Below, in pieces: positions 50,011-62,195 of a stretch of DNA of 64,000 nucleotides. Under the pieces are notes generated by a model. The model saw nothing but the letters and a program-made list of their open reading frames with translations, searched no databases and was not told where the DNA came from. Origin of the DNA: Lama glama (taxonomy: Eukaryota); the NCBI GenBank assembly GCA_028534125.1, contig CM052816.1, positions 25,856,001 through 25,920,000 of the forward strand, given 5' to 3'. Made by a program: the position numbers and the translations under genes. The stretch's first letter is position 1. Each line of letters begins with the position of its first letter.

Positions 50011-52044
50011 TGGAAAATGATTTAATTTTATATAGGAGTTTTCAGGAAATGAGAGAGCAAGTCATGTAGTTGTCTATAGAATAGTGTTTCAGGCAGAGGG
50101 AAGAACATGAGCAAAGGTAACGAATGTCCTTGGAGTATGTAAGGGAAAGCAGGGGGAACAGTGGCTAGAGTGGTTGATCAGGTGTGTGTGGACACAGCCT
50201 TGCAGTGGTAGCGTCCTAGAACACAGCCAGGTGGGCTATCACATAGTCTTAAGACAGAGCGCTCACAGACTTAATGCACACAGATCACACAGTTCACTGG
50301 AGCAATTTAAACCAAAGCATACAGTTAGAAGGTAGTGGAAAGAAGTGGAATGGACTGACACACTTAGACTGGGAAACAAGCAAAGGGGAGGGCCACATCC
50401 CCTGAATTCCGTCACACCATGTTCTTTTGTCCTGTTTCTCTCTGGGCCACATCAGTCGTCCCCACTGATGGTGTGGTTACGAGGGCCACAGGTGAGTATG
50501 AGGAAGAGGAAGAGGATGCCTGAGTCAGCCCCACTTGCTCTATTGGAGAGCCTGGTGAAGGGCTGTTGCGTTAGTCTCCTGAGCACGTATGGGCTTTATT
50601 TGCGTGTCTAGGACAGAGGGCAGGTGGGGTTTTGCCCAGGTTTCATCACCAAGTGGCTAAAACAGGACCTCGTGGCTACTGAGTCCTTTGTGTCCTCATG
50701 TATACTTAGTATATCATAAATATTCAGTGTTTCCTTGCCTCATATATATTTAGGGTATCATGAATATTTATTATTTACTTGGTTCTTCCAATCCTGTCTG
50801 TCTGGATTCACACATACATGCTCTACTTGCTTTATCTAATGTATCTCACAGGTAAATACCTTAATGATCTGTGCTTAACACATCTAATGATTTGCGTCAA
50901 CCTCATTTGTTTTCTTGTTTTCTGTAGTGGAACTGATATTCTCCGTGTGGCAAGTGCACGTGGCGTGAAGTCTGAGAGATGGATGTATATGTTTGGGTGG
51001 GGAGGAGGCGTATTATTAGGGTCTCATAAGCTATTGTAAGGACTTTATTTTTACTCTTAAAGGGCTGGAGGAGCTGTCTGTTTAGGTGAGCTTACAATTT
51101 CATCACATGCATGGAAGATTTTAAGAAAGGAAGGAGGTAGGAAAAATTACAGAAGCAGGTGCCAGCAGATTCTTTGTAGAGAGATGTAATATAAAAGTGC
51201 AGAGAATGTGGGTTATTGGGGGAGGATCGTAGATGTTCATTTTACTTGTTTGTCTACCAGCTATTTCAGTCTTGTCACGATGGCAAAGGAATGAGAATGT
51301 GCAGGAGGAGGCAGCCACCCCAGGATGTGAACAAAGGCGCTGGGCACAGAGTGAACAAGAATGGTCCCAGAGAAGAGGTACAGCCAGCTCTAGACGGAAG
51401 TTTAATGGAGGGAGTTTGCAGGGTAGGAGGAGATGAACTAGTACCGTTAGAATTCAGAGGCATTGCTGGTTTTAACTAATCATTCAGTGTCTGCCATGAC
51501 CTTGACTTAACTCCCTAAGAGGTCCTACTCCAGTTATTTCTTGTATGTTTCCTCCTGCCAGTTTAAATGGATTGACTGACACAGCATTGTATACCCTAAT
51601 TATACATTTTTGTGATTTGGGTTAGCTGGGGCAGAACGTTAACATATTTACCACTTGGATAAAAATGTTGCAGTGCTTGTTCATAAAGCAATAGAGTATA
51701 GCAATTTCAGCTGGTGTAGACCCCTAAAAAGTCAATTTTAGCTCTACTGAAAAAGTCACTTAAAAAGTTTTTGTGGAATATCTTTGGTTTTACTTTTTAA
51801 AGAGTCTGTCTTGTTGGAAAGAATTTTGAGGTTCTTTCTTTCTCACGCTTCTGTAACATAGAACACACAATTGCATGTTGTTTATTTTTAAATTGCATGA
51901 TATGTTTCTTAAAGAAACATGTAAAACTTATGCAATTACTGTAGTATACTATTTATATTTTTGGAAAGTATGGTTAGTATGTGGAAGCATTAAAGTAATT
52001 TCATCTTTTTTTGTAGTGGAACATTGCTTGACTTGTAGTGGTAT

Positions 52045-53160
52045 GTTATTGCCTTAAATATACCTTGACAAACTGGTTAGCTGTACGGAAGAAAAAATAG
52101 CCTGGAATCCAACATAACTTTTTATAACAAAATTAATTCCAGGAGAATCAAACATTAGTGAAAGCATCACAGTACTAGAAGAAAACATGGATAATTTATT
52201 TATATTTTTAGAGTGGGAGTGATCATTCTGTATGTAGCATCAAATTCAGAAGCCATAAAGGGAAAGGTTGATAATTTGATTGCTTTAAAAATTTAAAGTT
52301 TCATTTGTAGAATAACATTATAAATAAGGCCAAATAGCAAACAAGAGACTGTGGTAATATTTGCAATGTATACCTTAGGCGAAGGGCCAATTTTTATACT
52401 CAGATGACTTTTTAAAGTGCTGAGCCAGCACCCTCATAGAAAAGACAGACAAAAGAGACAAACAACTAGTTAACAGAAGAAGAACACAATGACTAATAGA
52501 AATATGAAAAGATGGTCATATAGCACAGTAGAGGGCCAGTGGTTTATTTTTCCCTTAATAGGACAGCAACGGTTAAATGTTGGTGAGGGTGTGTGTCAGT
52601 CTCACTACACTGGTAGTGAGGAATCTGTTAGGGACAAAGTTGGCACTGTTTGTCAAAAATGGAAATGCACATAGTAATTTCCTTTTTGGGAATTTAGCCT
52701 ACAGCCATTCTCAATTGCACAAAGACACCGTACAGAAATGTTCACTGCATGATTTGAAACACCAAAAACTACTTAAACATCCATCAACATGGTCTAGTAA
52801 CGGTACAGCCACAATATGGTGCCTTGAAAAGGATGACATAAGTCTTGTATTTGTGTGTTGTGATGGCTCAGCGCATTGTTGAATGAATGGATGCGGGATG
52901 TTACATGTAGGGTATAGGAGTACAGTCTCTTCTGTAAATAAGTGAGTACATATTTATATACGTGTGTGTGTTGTATGCTTGTGTGTTTGTATCTGTGCAT
53001 GTTTGTTCTTTATATTTGTATTTGGATAGAAAACCTGGAAAGCAAGCCTCTCAGATTGTTAACAGTGGTGAACGGAAAGTGGGGAGAAGTGGCCGAGAGG
53101 AGGAAGGGACTTTATTTTTAATTAATATAATTGTGAACTGTCATTTAAAAAAAAATGATG
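52045..53160 (+). mobile_element. Old degenerate L1 (ORF2 3' end and 3'UTR)
   Basis: aaaattaattcc...ctagaagaaaacatgg...atatgaaaagatggtca...aaatgttcactgca; A-rich sense strand. Confidence 0.7.
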
Positions 53161-54049
53161 GACATGAATTTACTTTAAAAATAAGCTGCTATTTCTCTCA
53201 CCAAGAATCTGTGGCATATCTGTCTCTGTCTTATCTCTACTTCTCTTGCTATCTCTTCACTATTTTTACTTGATTCCTCTCTATTTAGCTAATTTAATAT
53301 ATATATAACAGTAAAGCAGGATGTTTATTAGCTAGTTGTAGAATATTTCACAGCAATGCTAACTGCTTTGACATTTGTTATACAATATCTGTTCTTGCTT
53401 ATCTGTGTACAGAGTTTTATTTTAACACAACATCATATGCATACTCTTAACATACATAATGAGGAAAGTTATGTACTCAGTTGGAGTAGCAAACAGATGT
53501 CTCTATTAATGATAAGTACCTCTTATAGTACTAAATATTTCAGAGTTAAAAATAGAACATAACAATTGTGAGCAAAGTCTATATAAAGTTGTTTCAGTAG
53601 AGGTTTTATCTCATTTTGTCATAACAGAGTTTCATCATTTTAAGGAATTCCGTTGTGATGGGCATTTAGGGGTGAGCAACGGACTCATCCGCATGATGGT
53701 AGCCACTATGAAAAAGGTGGCTTCAAGCCGTTGGAGACAGAGCACGTATAGGGCTTAGATGTTGAGCAAGAAGTGAGTTTGGTGAGGAGTTGAGGTTAGT
53801 TAATGCCCAGCATAACAGAAAGGCTTCCTTTTTTTTTTTCTCTCTCCTGCTTGGCATCTAGGAGCAAGGAGTAACAGAAGCTACAAGTAGACTTAGGATA
53901 GCTCTTGGGTAAGTAACACATAGTCTCTTCCATCCCTTAATACCTCTTTCTCTCCTTTTTACAAGGAGACACGAGGATGGTTCTTAAAAGTAAAAACAGC
54001 CATGTCATATTTCCATTTCATACATATTTCTATGCCCATAGAGGTAAGC

Positions 54050-55480
54050 TCGCATTTTCAAAATTTTGCACTTGCTTAGAAGATCTTTGCCTCTCCTTTC
54101 ATTTCAAGCTTTCTGAATCATTTGTTTTAGGTATGTCTCTTTTATGCACAGTAGAGATTAGTTTCTCTGTGAAATCCAATATGAAAATCTGTTTTTAGTA
54201 GTTAACATTAGCACACTTTTATGTATGGCTCTGAAAGATGATTGTTTCTGTTCTGTCATATTATGTTATGTTATGTTTTCTCTTTGTTTATTTTAAATAT
54301 TGTTATTTACTTCTGATATTTGGCAAGATTTGTATTTTTGACAAATATTTTGTATTTTTGTATAAATATTTTACCTCTTTTGTATTATATAAAGGCATAA
54401 TTACTTCATACAAAGTACACTTATACAAGTTACCTTATAGTAATACAATAATAAATACAAATTACCTTATACAAAGATCACCTTTCTATACTAATCGCAG
54501 TTACTGTCATCAGTGATAAAATTAGCTCATGTTCTCTCCTTTGTCCGTATAGTCTCCCTCCCTCAACTGCATGTTGTCTTTTATTGTCACCTTTTTAGTG
54601 CTAATTATATTTTTACATCCACCACTTATTTTGTCAGTATTAAAATATATTCTTTTGTCCTCACTTGTTCTCTATCTCCTATAGTCTTCTCTCGATTTTT
54701 ATTTTATTATTTTTTAAAAACATGTTATATAAAGACATTTTCCAAAAGTAGGAGAAATTATAGATGACTGGGTCCTTAAATATCCAAATTATTTTCATCT
54801 TAAAATGTCCATAGCTTCGAGTATGTCTCAGTGTTGATTGTTCTAGTTTAATTTTTCATAATACATGATCTGCTTTTTGATTATGTAGGTACAAGTCACA
54901 AGTCTTCATTTATTTCAGGAAAGTTCTATTACCAATCATTTAAAAATACTTGCTCTGTTTTATTTTCCCTTATGGAAGATTCCGATTATATATATATATT
55001 GGATATCCTTTGACTTGTGTAAATATTAGATAAATTTTATCTTTTATAATTATTATCTTTCCAACTAAAATTTTTTTTCTTTATTTTTATCTCATTTTAT
55101 TAGCTTATTTTCTATAGTTAATGTTCCTTTTTGGATTTTCTACAATTTCTCTTTCTCCTTTGCACTTTTCATTAAAAAAAAAAAACTCTGACTTTTTTCT
55201 TGTAGTTTTTCCTGAGTTCTGCCAGCATGTGTTTTATCCTTTCTTCTCTGCTGTGCGTTCTTCTATTTTTATAGTTTTCCTTAATGGAGGTAATTGTTTT
55301 ATTATTATTTTTTAATATCACAGTCAAATTTGTGATGATAAATTCATCTATTTTTCTGAGTGTTTTTTAAACTGTTGCTAAGTTCTGATGCTTTCAAAAA
55401 ATTCTTTAAAAAAAACAGTGTGCCAATTATGCTATGCATGATTGATTGGGTTTGGTGTTCTCAGACCACCTATTTATAGG
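54050..55480 (-). mobile_element. Old degenerate L1 fragments (T-rich)
   Basis: Strongly T-rich degenerate sequence with L1M-like phrases (gtatgtctctt...acag; tttcaggaaagtt; ttcctgagttctg). Confidence 0.45.
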
Positions 55481-58009
55481 ATGTTTTGTTAGGGGTGGGC
55501 CAGATGGAATTCTAGGCTTTGTAACTCAAGATGCTTTCCTTTGCCGCCTGAGAGACATTTTGCTTCCAGTATGGCATCTCTGTGCTGTGCAATCCGTGCT
55601 TCCTCTTCTTCTCTGACCTAATCGCATGATCTGAGCTCTGTTGCATCTCAGCCATTCCAGAGACACACCCTCTTCAGTCTTTTACTTAGTGGATCCCTTT
55701 CATTTTAAGAGTATTTGTGCTTATGCTTGTTGGGACCTGCTACCAGCGTCGCTCCCTTCAGCCCTCCCCAGGCTGCTCTCTGCTGCTTCCAGGAAAGCTT
55801 CCTTTGGGGCTGTGCTTCATTTCAGCTGTCTGAGGCAGCATTAGTAGTAATAACAAGTTTGTAGTGTTGTCGGTATCCAAGTTTAAAAAAAAATTTTTTT
55901 TCTCATTGTCCTGGTTGCTCAGAACAGTTTCTAGGAAGAGAAGTTAAATAAATCCTGAGCCAAACTGTCACCTTGTTTATGCCAGAAGTCCTTATTCTCA
56001 TGTTTTAAATATTTTCACTTCTATTAATAATTTTTTGATTACACAAATCATATATAGCTAAATGATTATATTGAAAATTAATTTAAGCAAAACAGAAGAA
56101 TAAAAGAAGTTAAAATAAAAGTCTCCCCTCTTAATCCTCCTCCCAGCTCTTAAAGAGTAACCATTTTTCTTTGGTTGGTATATATCCTTCTAGACATTTC
56201 CCTATGTATGTATATGAAATTTATATTGTATATTTTGAAATTTATACCGGTAATCTTGTCCTTTTTAATACTCAGGGGTTTTTTTTTTTCTGCTTTCAGT
56301 TCCCTTTGCCAATCCTACCATTAACTTTGTTTTTTGTTTGTTTGTTTGTTTTAGTAGAGGTACTAGAGATAACTTTGTTTTTATTCTATAGCTGCAGTTC
56401 TTGCTAATAAAATTATTATAAGATTTATCAGTCTTGAAATACAGCAGTTCCTTCTATGTTCAAGGACAAAATGTTCAATGAAAGTTGAACGTTATGATTG
56501 TGGCAATTTTTCCATTTCTTTTATCTGTGCTTTCATTTAAACCCTTCTCTTTTCCAAAATCTGAAAGCAAGAACTGAAGTTATGCTCTCTGCCATCTCGC
56601 TTTTTCCCTCTCTCCAGCTTCTTTTTTTATTCCTAGCAGATTCTAAGAGCCTGTCTTGCAAACACAAGACAAAACCTCTTCCTGTGAAGATTGTTCTGGA
56701 GCAATACTCTTTTTGTTTGTTTGTTTTTGCTTAAAGTAGCCCCATCACCGCCGAATTATAGTTAACTTTTTTTTTAATTATGAGAATGATTTTAATTTAA
56801 ATATTCAAATTCACCTTTCCGAGGTTGAACTTTATGACATATTTTGTTTTGAGCAGTCTCTTTTATGTTTAAACAACTTCTAATCAAAACCATGAAAAAA
56901 GTTGCCTTATTATGTATAATTTTTCCTCCTTAGTCGTCACATATAGTCCTATGTGAAATGAGAAGATGAAAGAACGTTTTTATTTTTGGCAGCCCGTGTC
57001 TTCATGCTGAGTCCTTAAATTAGACTCACTGCACAGCCTTTGCTCAGAACCCTCATTTTCTTGTGCCAAATAAAGTAGGGCCGCCATCACTCTTGTGGCC
57101 ACTGTGTTAGTCATCTGATTGAAAGGTTGGTCCTTGACAATCTATCATTTGGACAAAACAGTCATTTGGCAGAGTCTGGATTTTCAGAGTTTATCCTCAA
57201 CAGAGATAACAAATAGCTGCAGAAGGAGAATTCTGCACAAATGGAATTGCTTGGAAACAACAACAGGCTTGGAAGGCAAAGAAAATCTAAAGCTGTTGTC
57301 CTCAGATGTGAGATGCAGAGACGTCTCAAAGTGTCTCTTACTTCAGAAAATTGTTCTAGTTTCTGTATTATCCTCTGGGCTCTGGGGATGCCTGAAAGAA
57401 CAGGCAACGTTTTTGCAGGACATGGTCACATAGACATTTTTCTGGAGGCAAAGATCTTTAGTTTTAATTACATCCCAAAGATAGAAATGAATGAAGTTTA
57501 GAAGTGTTACTAAGCACGTTCGTTTTCTGTCACTTTGTTTCTGCGCATTGTGGTCATTTGTTGTTTCTGCCTGGCATCCATTGCCCCTTTTTCGTCACTT
57601 TCCTTCAGTGTCCCTTTGGGGGCCTTGCTCTCAGTCCAGGTGGAGCCTGGGACTCGGATGTGGTTGGTCTGCATATCTGCCCTCCTGGCCAGATTAGTTT
57701 AGGAGTGAGCCCCTGACTCACTGGGAGCCTGTGAAATTTGTTTCTGAGAATTTGCAGGAACTCCTGAGAGAGGAGCACCTTGTTTTCAGTGGCGTTGCTG
57801 AGCAGATGGAAGATAAACCTGAGTCTGACTGGGGCCTCCAAGTGGTGAGGGCTTTCCTGAAAGTGCAGCTAACGGGAAATGAAGTTGAACCAAGGTGGGT
57901 GGGAAATAGTCATGATAACTTTTGAGCCCCCATGATACCTTTTTAATCCAGGCAGGTCTAAAACAGCCTTCTTCTCTATCCGAACCAATAAGCACCTTGC
58001 CCTCACTAT

Positions 58010-58103
58010 TTACTTGTTTGTTTATTTTAAGTGGAGGTACTGGGGATTGAACCCAGGACCCCAAACATGCTAGGCACTCTGCCACTAAGCTATACCCTCC
58101 CCC
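58010..58103 (-). mobile_element. Camelid tRNA-derived SINE (vic-1 type)
   Basis: Reverse complement reads ggggagggtatagcttagtggcagagtgcctagcatgtttggggtcctgggttcaatccccagtacctcc plus an A-rich tail. Confidence 0.85.
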
Positions 58104-58174
58104 TTTTATTTATTTAAATCAGTTTGAGTTGGAATTTTGTCACCAGAGTGACAAAGTCATGGCTGTCATCTCTA

Positions 58175-58296
58175 CTAAACTATGTATATATATACACATA
58201 CATATATACACACTAAACTATATATATAGTTTATATATATAACTATATATAAATTATATATAAATATATATAAACTATATATAAACTATATATATA
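58175..58296. repeat. AT-rich (AAACTATATAT)-type minisatellite / TA repeat
   Basis: Repeated aaactatatata units, including a 20-bp palindrome at 58214-58233. Confidence 0.85.
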
Positions 58297-58446
58297 TTTT
58301 TAAAATTGAAGTATAGTCAATTTGCAATGTTGTGTCAATTTCTGGTGTACAGCATAATGTTTTAGTCATACATACATATACATATGTTCCTTTTCATAGG
58401 CTTTTTCATTATAGGTTACTACAAGATATTGAATATAGCTCCCTGT
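58297..58446 (-). mobile_element. Short L1 3' end
   Basis: attgaagtatagtcaatttgcaatgttgtgtcaatttctggtgtacagca...caagatattgaatatagctccctgtg. Confidence 0.85.
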
Positions 58447-59623
58447 GATTGATATATATATATATACACATATATGTGGTTTTTGAGTAGGCGTAGGAGT
58501 AGCCTCTGTACAATTTGATGTGCGTAGCAGTAAACCGAGAGTCATTTAAGAAACAGAAGTGAGCATTGTGCATATTTAAGTCTAATGACATAAAATACTT
58601 TTAAATAACTAAGAACACAACTAATTCTTCGTTTTTCTAACATGTATTACAGTTTAGATTTTGTTCTTGGCCTACTAGGTTTTGCTCCTGAAAAAAAAAA
58701 AAAAGCCTTCCTGCCAAAAATGCCTCTCATGTGCATTGCATTTTTGTCTGATGTTTGAACTAGGCCATAGGGACACCCCCGCTCTACCCTGGTACCCAAA
58801 GAGGAGAGTAGACGAAACAAGACAGTCTGGAGGGCTCCCAGCTCTGGCCTCCGGATTTTTCTTATTTCTTCCATTTGGCAATAAGTAAGAAAGGGTGCTT
58901 GTTCTCTTTAACTCAGTGAAGTTTTAGGAGAGAGAACAAAGAAGCATTTTTGAAAAATCTGCTCATAGTTCGAACAAAGTGGGTTCTCTTATCTAAGGTT
59001 CAGACACAACCAAGATAAAAAAAAAATTCTTTCATGTGGTCTCTTTCAGGTTTTGAGAAAAATCAATACCATAGTCACACTCATGTTTGCGCGTATAAAA
59101 TATTGACTGAAGATACGGGCTTTTTAGTCCTTATGTGAAAACGTCCGTCTTAATCGTCAGTTGGGTTCTAATTGCCTCCCCTCCCCTCTCAGGGAAAGAG
59201 TAACGTGAGCACAGCTAAAAGCAGAACTATATAGTTATTTTATAACTGGCACTAACAAATTTCGCCAATTACAGAGTCCATTCTGTAAGCAATGGATGTG
59301 AGGCTCCCAATTAATCTAGTGCACCTCCAGGCAAGGTCTAAATCAGCTGGATACAGCGAAAGCAATTTGCACACAGCTAAAAGCAAATTGGAAAATAAGT
59401 GTTCCACGCCGCTGCCTATCTTTCCAAGCCAAAGACACAATCAGTATTCTGGCAGCAGCCCTCTGTCATGTTATTTGCAGCTATCAATTTTAATTATAAC
59501 AATTATTGATTAGTTAGGAAAGTGAATAATCTGAAGCTCAAATAAATGACTCTGCTGCTCCAGGTCTCCTCCCTGCCCCTCATGAGGGGGTGTTGCTCTG
59601 AGTCCAACGTAAAAATTCTACCT

Positions 59624-59744
59624 GGGGGGAGGGCATAGCTCAAGTGGTAGAGTGCATGCTTAGCATGCACGAGGTCCTGGGTTTAATCCCAAGGACCTCC
59701 ATTATAAAAATAATTAAATAAATAAACCTAATTACTACCCCCCG
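59624..59744 (+). mobile_element. Camelid tRNA-Ala-derived SINE (vic-1 type) with degenerate TSD
   Basis: ggggggagggcatagctcaagtggtagagtgcatgcttagcatgcacgaggtcctgggtttaatccc...aaataaataaacctaattac. Pol III A/B boxes present. Flanks AAAAATTCTACCT and AAAGAGTCCACCT (10/13 identical). Confidence 0.88.
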
Positions 59745-61979
59745 AAAGAGTCCACCTGGATGTCTGGACCAGTCCCTCCGTTTCTCCCTCCACTCCCCAG
59801 CATGCACACAGTCTTAATTTTGCAATTTGCCTTAAAGACTGCTCTGACCTGAAATAAAACTTGGCCGGCATCTTATTTCTAATCAGAGAATTTCATGACC
59901 GTTATTGAAAAGGTCCCTAGATTTTGCAGATTTGGAATTCACTTAACCGTTTTTGTTCAGTTGGGTGAAGAAGTGAGAGAAGAAATTCCACAGAAAGAGA
60001 GGAAAATAGAATTACAGGGAAGAAAAGAAAAATGATCCCTGTATTGTCAGATCGAGCAAGCAAGACAGTGTGGCTTAGTGGAACAAACAAAAAGGTGGAA
60101 TTTGGGATTAAAAGGCATGAAAGAATCTTTGCCTTAAGATTATCACCACGCTCGTTAACTTTGTGATTTTGTACAAATCAAATAACATTGCAAAGTCTTT
60201 GTTTGCTAATCTGCAAAATAGAAATGAGAATAACACAGTGAGAATAATCCTTTTTTCCTTAGGTCATTTTATGTTTTAGGTGGAGTGAGTTAGGAATGTG
60301 GAGACAGCTAAGTAAGGCACTCTTATCAGAAAGGTTCTGCCAGATGATTATAAGATACTACGTTGGGCCCTCCCCAGCAAGTTCTGTCGTATTTGTTGAA
60401 TTAACCACGTTCCCCTCTACTCAGTTTTCTCCTGTCAGATTCTGCGTGAAGGAAACCCCAGAGAGGTAAGCAGCATAGAGACGATAGATGAGAACGTAAA
60501 TACATTCATCTCTCATTTTATGAAATAGATGCGTGCTAGCAAATCTGGCTGTAAGGTGAATTTCTGCCAAGCAAATCCCATTTCCCTCTTGATGTCTTTA
60601 TAAAATTGGATATATATCCACAGAAAAGAATTTCCCAAGATACTCAGTCAAAATTTGTCACAGGCCAACAGTAGTTACTTTGAAGTGAGTTCAGAATCTT
60701 GACGTGTTTGGCATGATTTTCCCAGCTCTGGATTTCTTCTGGAATCTATCTTTGCAGAAAAGGTTGGTTAATAACTTTAAAAGATCAACAGCTCTTGGAA
60801 TGAAGCTCCCCTCCTCCTCTGGTCTAAATGTTTACACAGTCCCCTGACCCCAGCTGTAATAATACACATTGCTAATAGGTGGTGTACCTTAGCAGGCAAA
60901 GCTGTACAGTTCCCGAAATTTTGGCAAGTCAGTGGATTCTGTGGTTTATCACTTTCTTAATCTAAAAATTCAGCATATTGGGCTTATTTATAAAAGGCTA
61001 CACAGAGCTGGACACCACTGGTGTGGTACATTAGGTGGTCCAGTCTGAATGCCACAACCACAGTCTAAGGCACCGATGCTCTGAGGTTCCAGACAGGACG
61101 TGAGCCAAGAACTGAAGAAAGGCCAAACCTTGTTATTCTTAGCAGTTCCTACAGAGGAGCCATTAAAACCTCAAATAACTCATAATTAATCTCTGCTTGA
61201 TTCTTCTTGTGGAAAGAATCATACATTTAGAGAAACATGCCTGTGGGGCTCAAACCTCATGGAGAAAAATAGCCAAATAGATTCATGAAGATCATTTTTT
61301 TTCTATAGATTTCTTACAAATAATTTCAAATTGTGTAAGGGGTAAAATCTACTTTTATCTTTCTCTCTAATTTAAGGAAAGGTATGGCTTACTTAATTTG
61401 CTCTGGATCAGAGAATATAATTTTTTAAAATAAATACGATCATGTAATTGCTAGAAAGTCTTTCACCGTATTTCAAGGGAATCTGTTTATTACTTCTGTA
61501 AACATTTGAATTAAACACCAGAGTGAAAAAAAAAAAAGATCTGCAATGGTGACGTGAAGAGGAATTCTAACTAGAATAGAGTTAATATTTTCTCAAGCAT
61601 CCTATTTGAATATGCAAGGTTAATCATATTGGCCATATCTTAGAGCATCAGATCCTTTTCTAAAGGACCCCATTTTTTATTTTTGCTTTTAAATCTACTT
61701 TAACATATATTATAAAATACCAAATACTGTATTTCAGTATTTGGTACTTAAAATGCTTTAAGGATTTACCACATTTCAGTCAATTGAAATTCTTTCTATG
61801 AATAGAATGGGCATAAAAATTTCCTTACTTGATAAAAGATTACTTAGCAAGGGCTGTGCTCAGATTAGGAATGTCATTGAGTTATAGCTACATTTAAAAT
61901 TTATATGACATTCACCATTGAATGTGGATCATTGGAAGAAGTGTCTGTTTTTAACTCAAAAGTATGAGATAGGCCATTT

Positions 61980-62195
61980 GCATAGTAGAAGGAGCATGAG
62001 ATTTGGTATCAGAGACACTCAGGTTAGACCCTGAATCTGTACCCTTTGGTTTTATGTCCCTGGACAAGTTATTTAAAACTCAATGAATATCAATTCTCTC
62101 ATCTATAAGGTAGGGATAATACAACAAAATGAGTCTGTATTAAGAGATTTAAATAAGGTAATGCATTGCAAAGATAATACTTGCACAATAAACAT
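61980..62195 (+). mobile_element. MIR SINE
   Basis: tgtccctggacaagttatttaa...ttctctcatctataaggtagggataata...gagatttaaataaggtaatgca. Confidence 0.7.

Noticed and set aside
53693..53735. SECIS-like ATGA...AAA hairpin
   Set aside because: The required GA on the 3' side of the quartet is missing, and it is not in a selenoprotein 3'UTR.
53650..53820. Mitochondrial insertion (NUMT)
   Set aside because: Only a vague compositional resemblance on the minus strand; no mitochondrial reading frame could be recognised.
59624..59700. tRNA-Ala gene
   Set aside because: The acceptor stem does not pair, and it has an A-rich tail and TSD, so it is a SINE rather than a tRNA gene.
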